Shown in pieces: positions 57,494 to 64,000 of a stretch of DNA of 64,000 nt; positions within the stretch are counted from its first letter, which is position 1; each line of letters begins with the position of its first letter. Made by a program: the position numbers and the translations under genes. Origin of the DNA: Minisyncoccia bacterium (GTDB lineage: Bacteria; Patescibacteriota; Minisyncoccia; Phycocordibacterales; UBA9973); contig JBDHUR010000001.1 of assembly GCA_039809265.1 (NCBI GenBank), positions 5,914 through 69,913 on the forward strand, read 5' to 3'. Under the pieces are notes generated by a model. The model made no database searches. It worked only from the letters and a program-made list of their open reading frames with translations, and was not told the DNA's origin.

Positions 57494-57910
57494 ATGCAAT
57501 TCAAAGTCCCACAATTTATAGATGTTGAAGACAAAATTTTTGGACCTTTTACGTTCCGACAATTTTTGTATCTGGCTGGAGGAGCGGGGATATGCTTTTT
57601 ACTTTACAAAACTCTGCCCCTCGTTGTAGCTATAATTATAATGTTGCCGGTCATAGCTCTTTCTCTTGCTTTGACTTTCTATAGAGTAAACGAAAAACCT
57701 TTCATATATATACTTGAGGCATATATAGGCTACCTTGGCAAAAACAAGCTGTACGTTTGGAAAAAAGCTCCGCCGGAAAAGAAAAGCACAGACAAGACAG
57801 ACGCTGCACAGAAACCGGCAGCAGAGAGTTACGTGCCAAAGCTTTCTGAAAGCAAGCTAAAAGACATATCTTGGAGTTTGGATGTGCTGGATGTAAATAA
57901 AGGCAATTAA
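57494..57910 (+). CDS. PrgI family protein (VirB3-like)
   Basis: MQFKVPQFIDVEDKIFGPFTFRQF, two TM helices and YVWKK. Confidence 0.88.
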   Translation: MQFKVPQFIDVEDKIFGPFTFRQFLYLAGGAGICFLLYKTLPLVVAIIIMLPVIALSLALTFYRVNEKPFIYILEAYIGYLGKNKLYVWKKAPPEKKSTDKTDAAQKPAAESYVPKLSESKLKDISWSLDVLDVNKGN

Positions 57911-57948
57911 CAATTAAAAAACAAAATTGGTGATACAATGTGCCATAT

Positions 57949-58605
57949 ATGGCTTTGAATGCTAGAGCAACTCAAGATTTTGTACCGATACAAGAGGTCA
58001 GAGACGGCGTCATAATACTAAAAGACGGCGGGGTACGAGCTGTTTTGCTTGCTTCTTCTATAAACCTCTCTCTCAAGTCCGCGGATGAACAGCAGGCTAC
58101 CCTTTTACAGTTTCAGACTTTTTTGAACTCGTTAGACTTTTCTACACAAATATCTGTCCAGTCCCGAAGGCTAGACATACGTCCATACTTAAACTTGCTG
58201 GAAAACAGGATGAAAGAACAGCTTGAGCCGTTGCTTAAAATACAAACAAGGGAGTACATAGAGTTTATAAGGTCTTTTACAGATAGTGTAAATATAATGA
58301 CAAAAAGCTTTTTCATAACCGTACCGTACACCCAACCTGCACTTTCTGCCGGCGGAGCAGTTAGCGGACTGAAGAATTTGATCCCTGGGCAAAAAAGCCA
58401 GCCGGATAAAAAAAGCACTGAGCAGCTGGACTTTGAAGAGAAAAGGAGTCAACTGGACCAGCGCATAGGGGTAATACAGCAGGGTTTGTCTCGTGTAGGT
58501 ATCCGCACAGTGGAGCTTGGGACAGAAGAGATAGTGGAGCTATTTTACAAAATTTTCAACCCAGGAGAAGTTACACAATCTATAAAACTAGATACGCAAA
58601 GCTAA
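57949..58605 (+). CDS. TraC/VirB4 N-terminal-like accessory protein
   Basis: TQDFVPIQEVRDG, SINLSLKS.DEQ, FLNSLDF and ELFYKIFNP; lies between prgI and virB4. Confidence 0.75.
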   Translation: MALNARATQDFVPIQEVRDGVIILKDGGVRAVLLASSINLSLKSADEQQATLLQFQTFLNSLDFSTQISVQSRRLDIRPYLNLLENRMKEQLEPLLKIQTREYIEFIRSFTDSVNIMTKSFFITVPYTQPALSAGGAVSGLKNLIPGQKSQPDKKSTEQLDFEEKRSQLDQRIGVIQQGLSRVGIRTVELGTEEIVELFYKIFNPGEVTQSIKLDTQS

Positions 58606-58609
58606 CAAC

Positions 58610-60445
58610 ATGGCAATTTTAGACTTCTTAAAAAAGAAAACAGACGCTGGAAATAATAAAAGGGCGGTTTTGCCTGTTTTACCTACAGAAATATACGAAG
58701 CGGCAACATTAGAGTTCAAAGATATTATAGCGCCTTCGGCGCTAAAGATAGAGCCGAAGGCGCTAAACCTTGGAGACAAAATGGCACGCACTTTCTTTGT
58801 CATATCTTATCCAAGGTATTTGTCAGACAACTGGTTCTCTCCGATCATAAATTTGGACAAGATATTTGATGTATCCATCTTCATACACCCCATAGAAACA
58901 GCCAAAATTTTGCGAGACTTCCAGAAAAAGGTAGCGGAAGTGCAAAGCCAGATAAGCATCCGCGAAAGCAAAGGTCTGGTGCGAGACCCGATGCTGGACA
59001 CTGCATACCAAGACCTAGAATCTTTGCGAGACAACCTACAGCAAGCGCAAGAGAAGATATTTGATGTTGGGCTTTATATTACAGTTTACGGCAATAACGA
59101 AAACGACTTGTTCAAGATAGAAAACGAGATAAAGTCTATATTGGAATCAAAGCTGGTATACTTGAAACCTGCCCTTTTCCAGCAAGAGGAAGGCTTTGAC
59201 TCTGTGATACCCATAGGCAATGACATACTGAACGTGCACCAAAAACTAAACTCCGAACCGCTTTCATCCATCTTCCCATTTGTTTCTTTCGACCTAACTT
59301 CCGACAAAGGAATACTTTACGGGGTGAATAGGCACAACTCTTCACTTGTTATATTTGACAGATTTTCTCTTGAAAACTACAACTCTATCATCTTTGCAAA
59401 GTCAGGCTCTGGAAAATCTTATGCTACGAAGCTGGAAATACTTCGTACACTCATGTTTGACACAGAAGTTATTGTCATAGACCCGGAAAGAGAGTATGAG
59501 TATTTAGCTGAAGCAGTGGGTGGAAGATACTTCAACATATCACTGTCTTCGCAACATCACATAAACCCTTTTGACTTGCCGGTGCCGCGAGAAGACGAAA
59601 CCCCGGCAGATGTGCTTCGTTCTAATGTCATAAACCTCGTTGGCCTATTCCGTATCATGCTTGGCGGATTGACCCCAGAAGAAGACTCTATAGTAGACAG
59701 AGCAATAACAGAAACTTACGCAATCAAAGACATAACTGCAGACTCCGACTTCTCCAACATTGAACCGCCGCTTTTGACAGACTTTGAGATGGTGCTTGCT
59801 GGCATGGATGGATCAGAGTCTCTGATACAACGCCTAACCAAGTTCACTAGAGGCTCTTGGTCTACATTTCTAAACCAGCCATCAAACGTAGACATAAATA
59901 AAAAATTCGTAGTGTTCTCCGTGAGAGACATGGAAGATGAGCTGAAGCCGGTAGCAATGTACATAGTCACGCACTTTATCTGGAACGCCGTGAGAAAGAC
60001 ACTGAAAAAACGCCTCTTAGTGGTGGATGAAGCTTGGTGGATGATGAAGTCAGACGACACAGCCTCTTTCCTTTACTCTATAGCCAAGCGAGGCAGAAAG
60101 TACTACTTGGGACTTTGCACCATAACCCAAGACGTGGGAGACTTCATGCGCAGTCCATACGGCGTACCCATCGTTACAAACAGCTCCCTACAACTCCTAT
60201 TGAAACAGTCTCCGTCTTCTATAGACCTGCTGCAAAAAACCTTTAATCTTACAGACGAAGAAAAATATCTGCTACTGGAATCCAATGTCGGGGAAGGGAT
60301 ATTCTTTGCCGGACTAAAGCATGTTGCTATAAAGATAATATCTTCATATACAGAAGACCAAATAATAACTTCCGACCCATCGCAGGTGTTAGCAATAAAG
60401 AAATCAAAGGATGAACTAGAAGCAGCGGAACGCGGTGTAAAGTAA
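58610..60445 (+). CDS. virB4: VirB4-like ATPase
   Basis: Walker A AKSGSGKS, IDPEREY, INPFD, Walker B LLVVDEAW, KRGRKY and ITQ motifs. Confidence 0.9.
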   Translation: MAILDFLKKKTDAGNNKRAVLPVLPTEIYEAATLEFKDIIAPSALKIEPKALNLGDKMARTFFVISYPRYLSDNWFSPIINLDKIFDVSIFIHPIETAKILRDFQKKVAEVQSQISIRESKGLVRDPMLDTAYQDLESLRDNLQQAQEKIFDVGLYITVYGNNENDLFKIENEIKSILESKLVYLKPALFQQEEGFDSVIPIGNDILNVHQKLNSEPLSSIFPFVSFDLTSDKGILYGVNRHNSSLVIFDRFSLENYNSIIFAKSGSGKSYATKLEILRTLMFDTEVIVIDPEREYEYLAEAVGGRYFNISLSSQHHINPFDLPVPREDETPADVLRSNVINLVGLFRIMLGGLTPEEDSIVDRAITETYAIKDITADSDFSNIEPPLLTDFEMVLAGMDGSESLIQRLTKFTRGSWSTFLNQPSNVDINKKFVVFSVRDMEDELKPVAMYIVTHFIWNAVRKTLKKRLLVVDEAWWMMKSDDTASFLYSIAKRGRKYYLGLCTITQDVGDFMRSPYGVPIVTNSSLQLLLKQSPSSIDLLQKTFNLTDEEKYLLLESNVGEGIFFAGLKHVAIKIISSYTEDQIITSDPSQVLAIKKSKDELEAAERGVK

Positions 60446-60491
60446 CAGTTTTCCCTCGTTTTTTTGCTCAAAGTATTTTATACTTAGATAG

Positions 60492-61529
60492 ATGAAGATA
60501 AGCATATTTGCAAACTCGTTTAGAAAGTTTGCCTTAAAAGCGGTGTTGGCTTTTGCTTTTTTGTCTATACTTATTTCACCAGCCAACGCTTTGGCTCAAT
60601 CTTTGCTTGATTCTTCTTTTACTGCCAACGATGTATCGGTGGAACTTTCACCGGAAATACCGGCACCGAACCAGACTTTGACGATATCTTTAACAAGCTA
60701 CACGGTAGACCTAGATAAAGCGCGAATGACTTGGACACAAGACGGCAAGATAAAAAACAGTGGGACCGGCATAAAAGAGTTCAGTGTGCAAGTGGGTGAC
60801 GTGGGCTCAACAACAACCATAGATGTATCTATAGTTATAAATGGATTGAATAGATTTGACAAAAGGATAGTTGTCAGCCCCTCAGAAGTAGACATGTTGT
60901 GGGAAGCGGTAGACTCTTATGTTCCACCGTTCTATGAAGGAAAAGCACTGCCTTCATCCGAAGCTGTAATAAAAGTTGTGGCAATACCCAACAACAAGAC
61001 AAACAATACCGACATTCAAACCGGCAACTTTGTTTACAATTGGAAAAAGAACTTTGCAGCAGACCAAAGCGCATCTGGCTTTAGTAAAAATAGCTACGTT
61101 TTCAAGGCAAGCTACCTGAATGCAGAAGAAACAATATCTGCAAATGCAGCCTCAGTATCTGGCAACAGTGGCGGGGAAGGAAGCGTAACCATAGTGACAG
61201 GTAAACCTAAAATAATATTCTATGAAGACGCAGCAGGCATCGGCCCTGTATATGCCAGTGCCTTGAACCAAGGCTATAGACTGACCAACAACGAAGCCAC
61301 GGTCGTAGCCGTGCCGTATTTCTTCTCTGTGAGCAATCCTGCCGCCAAAGACTTGCTTTACAGATGGAGCATAAACAACAACAACATAGACACGCCTTCA
61401 CCGGCAAATACACTTGTCATAAAAAGCGCCGGGGAAACAGGACAAGCAAAAGTTGGCTTGCACTTGGAGTCCGCAAGTAAACTTTTCCAATCCATAGACC
61501 AGACATTTTTTGTAGACATAATAAAGTAA
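60492..61529 (+). CDS. Secreted Ig-like domain protein
   Basis: Signal ALA|Q; VDMLWEA.SYVPPFYEGKALPS motif; beta-rich. Confidence 0.7.
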   Translation: MKISIFANSFRKFALKAVLAFAFLSILISPANALAQSLLDSSFTANDVSVELSPEIPAPNQTLTISLTSYTVDLDKARMTWTQDGKIKNSGTGIKEFSVQVGDVGSTTTIDVSIVINGLNRFDKRIVVSPSEVDMLWEAVDSYVPPFYEGKALPSSEAVIKVVAIPNNKTNNTDIQTGNFVYNWKKNFAADQSASGFSKNSYVFKASYLNAEETISANAASVSGNSGGEGSVTIVTGKPKIIFYEDAAGIGPVYASALNQGYRLTNNEATVVAVPYFFSVSNPAAKDLLYRWSINNNNIDTPSPANTLVIKSAGETGQAKVGLHLESASKLFQSIDQTFFVDIIK

Positions 61530-61535
61530 AGCAGT

Positions 61536-63365
61536 ATGACTTTCAAAAAGATAATGAAAAATAAGGCGATGATAGCAATGAGGATTTTTATTGTTGCATT
61601 CATCGCATCCTTGCCATTTATCTCTCGTGCAGTATCTGGAACAGAAATGCAGACCAACGAACTGACAGACACTTCTGTACTAATAACCGGACGCATATTA
61701 AACCCAGACAACCAAAGCGTAAAAATAGGCACAGTAGAGCAAAACAACCCGCAAGCTTCATATGTATATACCAACCCGTTTACCTTGCTGGATGATGCCA
61801 GTGTGCCGCCAATAGAGGGTAGGACAGGAAATACTACAGGGTATGGGAACACAAGTGTGGGGGAAAGAACTGGTAAAAACAATACTACAGGATATGGTAA
61901 TACAAGCGTGGGAGAAAAAGGTGTTTACAATAACACTTCAGCTTATGGAAACACTGGTGTTGGAGAAAAAGGCTCCGCATACAACAGTGTGGTGTACCAA
62001 ACCATCTCTGGCCTTGCACCAAATACTACATACTGCTCTGTGGTAGTAGATGCCAGCGATCCTTCCAATACACCTATATATGGCAGTGAGATATGCTACA
62101 CCACACTTGCAACAGGCGCTTCATATAAAAATGGGGAACTGACAAGTGTGGTATTAGACACACAGTCAATGACAGATACTAGTGCAACGATAAAGTTTAT
62201 GGTAAATCCAGACGGAAAAGCACTCGGACTTAGCCTAAAATATGGCGTTGGCAAAAAGGACTTTACAGACAGCGACTATACCAAAGACATAGGGGAATTC
62301 TTCCGCACTGCGACGACCACTTCCAACAGCCTGCCTGCAACAGCAGAGATCAAAAATCTAGAGAAAGATACAACTTACTATTATGAAGTTTACAACACAG
62401 ACACAAAAGAAGTTTACCACGACAACTTATTCACAACAGCTGCTTCTGCCGGCACAGTTATAAACCAAAACAGCAGTAATACCACAACAACAACTACATG
62501 CGTACCAGGGGAGTACTGCTTGCTTGCTCCGCTTCCGGGACTTTCAAAGATAAATGTACAAACGACAGGTATAGGCGGATACCTTGCAATAATATTCAAG
62601 ATAGGTATAGGCCTTGCTGGAGTATTGGCTGTGGTGATGCTGGTAGTTGGAGGCATACAGTACATGTCTACAGATGCGTTTTCTGAAAAAGCAGATGGCA
62701 AGTCTAGAATGATGAATGCAATCATTGGGCTTCTGCTTGTCCTTGGTGCATGGGTTATACTAAATACACTAAATCCAAATTTGCTCATATTCAATCTGGA
62801 TTTACAGAAGGTTTCTATAACAGTTGACCCTTCTCTCATAGATAGTGATGAAGCAGAGACACAACCACCAACTGGTGCTAACTACACATCATATCCATAT
62901 AAAAATCGAGACAAAATAGACGATGTTTTTCCAACACCTAAAACATCTGATATGCTTGGCACACTCAAAACTTTAAATGTCGATGTAAGTGGTTCAAACA
63001 GTTCAAAACCCATCTGTGATACAGTTGGACAAACAGGCTGCACAGCATTGGCTGGCATACCTTCAAAGGTTACTGTTGGGCTGCAAAAAATTAGGACAAA
63101 GTGTCCTAATTGTGAACTTACAATAACTGGCGGAACAGAATTTTGGCTTCATAAATCACATGGTCCTGGAAAAGATAAGATTGACTTAAGAAACAACTCC
63201 CGGGCCTCAAACTTTGTAAAATATGTGACTAGCGGTAAAAAAATAGGGCAGATAACTGGGTGGGGTGTACTGTATGTTACAGATGGAATAGAGTTTGTTG
63301 ATGAGGGAAATCATTACCATGTCTGGGGTTGGAATAATGACCATGCTTCAAGTTATAATAAATAA
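61536..63365 (+). CDS. Multidomain T4SS pilin (VirB2/TrbC-like) fusion: FN3-like domains, pilin and putative M15-like peptidase
   Basis: LAPNTTY and LEKDTTYYY FN3-like motifs; YCLLAPLP..LAVVMLVVGGIQYM..AIIGLLL..ILNTLNP pilin; C-terminal ITGGTE..SH..ID..HYHV. Confidence 0.75.
   Translation: MTFKKIMKNKAMIAMRIFIVAFIASLPFISRAVSGTEMQTNELTDTSVLITGRILNPDNQSVKIGTVEQNNPQASYVYTNPFTLLDDASVPPIEGRTGNTTGYGNTSVGERTGKNNTTGYGNTSVGEKGVYNNTSAYGNTGVGEKGSAYNSVVYQTISGLAPNTTYCSVVVDASDPSNTPIYGSEICYTTLATGASYKNGELTSVVLDTQSMTDTSATIKFMVNPDGKALGLSLKYGVGKKDFTDSDYTKDIGEFFRTATTTSNSLPATAEIKNLEKDTTYYYEVYNTDTKEVYHDNLFTTAASAGTVINQNSSNTTTTTTCVPGEYCLLAPLPGLSKINVQTTGIGGYLAIIFKIGIGLAGVLAVVMLVVGGIQYMSTDAFSEKADGKSRMMNAIIGLLLVLGAWVILNTLNPNLLIFNLDLQKVSITVDPSLIDSDEAETQPPTGANYTSYPYKNRDKIDDVFPTPKTSDMLGTLKTLNVDVSGSNSSKPICDTVGQTGCTALAGIPSKVTVGLQKIRTKCPNCELTITGGTEFWLHKSHGPGKDKIDLRNNSRASNFVKYVTSGKKIGQITGWGVLYVTDGIEFVDEGNHYHVWGWNNDHASSYNK
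61830..61982 (+). repeat. Three degenerate 51-bp (17-aa) coding repeats
   Basis: NTTGYGNTSVGERTGKN / NTTGYGNTSVGEKGVYN / NTSAYGNTGVGEKGSAY. Confidence 0.85.
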
Positions 63366-63368
63366 CAG

Positions 63369-64000
63369 ATGAAAAAAGCAATTAAGACATTTCTAATAAT
63401 AGTACTGGTCGGGGCAGCGGTGTTTGGCGGCTTGTGGTACTTGAAGAGCAGAAATGGAGCAGTAAACGAGAACGGCACTACGAACGGAGGAGGTATAACA
63501 CTTCGCGACTTTTTCCCATTTGGATCAGATACTAAAGTTACGGACGAAGAGCCTCTTACTCCGTCAACAGAAACAAAAGATGAGGAACCAGCGGCATCTG
63601 TCGCAAAAGAACAAAACCTTGTACAGATATCCGGTAACCCTGTAGCGGGGTTTGGTTTCGCCATGGTAAATGTAGCACCAGACGGAAATGCTGTGGCAAA
63701 AGAATATGTGACAGTAAAAGCTGGTATTACTTTCACCAAAGATTTGGCTCGCGACAGCAAAGATAACCAAGTGAAGGAACTACAAAAACTTTTCAACCAG
63801 TGTGAAGAACTTCAGCTAGCAGTCTCTGGTGTCGGCTCAGTAGGGAAAGAGACTACGAGCTTTGATGAAAAGACAGAAAATTCTCTGAAGATTTTCCAAA
63901 CAATGTTTAGAAACATAGACCCTGCAACAAACGCTCCACTTGATCCTTCAGGCAAGGTAGATGCACAAACTAGAGCGAAACTGAATACTCCTTTTGACTG
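63369..64000 (+). CDS. Membrane-anchored peptidoglycan-binding domain protein (partial)
   Basis: Hand translation MKKAIKTFLIIVLVGAAVFGGLWYL..FFPFG..FTKDL..QVKELQKLFN..KIFQ..GKVDAQTRAKLN; open at the window end. Confidence 0.78.
   Translation, partial: MKKAIKTFLIIVLVGAAVFGGLWYLKSRNGAVNENGTTNGGGITLRDFFPFGSDTKVTDEEPLTPSTETKDEEPAASVAKEQNLVQISGNPVAGFGFAMVNVAPDGNAVAKEYVTVKAGITFTKDLARDSKDNQVKELQKLFNQCEELQLAVSGVGSVGKETTSFDEKTENSLKIFQTMFRNIDPATNAPLDPSGKVDAQTRAKLNTPFD

Noticed and set aside
1-64000. Alternative genetic code 25 (UGA=Gly)
   Set aside because: Core genes are full length under code 11, and comM and yraN end at TGA in expected positions.

Overview
This window looks like core chromosome from a small-genome Patescibacteria (CPR, probably Parcubacteria/Paceibacteria) using genetic code 11. 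The taxonomic call is inferred from gene content and recalled family motifs, not from a search. Housekeeping genes are recJ, HIT, pgk, tpiA, rplJ-rplL, nusA, ppa, tig, clpP, rny, HU, yraN, cca, xth, a Xer recombinase, rpsO, pnp, a DksA-like gene, comM, pcrA and rsmA, plus four tRNAs. There is a Gly/Thr-rich surface-protein cluster at 7.6-11.6 kb and the start of the CPR type IV secretion-like locus at 49.3-64 kb. The most notable signals are these. (1) A centromere/origin-like locus at 24.27-24.75 kb has four parS-type palindromes, two of them written in-frame inside yraN, next to a phased DnaA-box array, with no dnaA/parAB in the window. (2) Several Bacteroidota-style secreted proteins are present, one with a clear T9SS C-terminal sorting domain, in a lineage that should lack a T9SS. 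(3) About ten solitary orphan genes sit between core genes, each with its own TTGAC-17bp-TAnnnT promoter and A-rich leader, while many core genes look leaderless. (4) There are candidate RNA elements: an rny leader or 6S-like RNA, a nusA attenuator, an L10 leader and an extended pre-tRNA-Pro stem. No CRISPR array, IS element, rRNA or prophage was seen.
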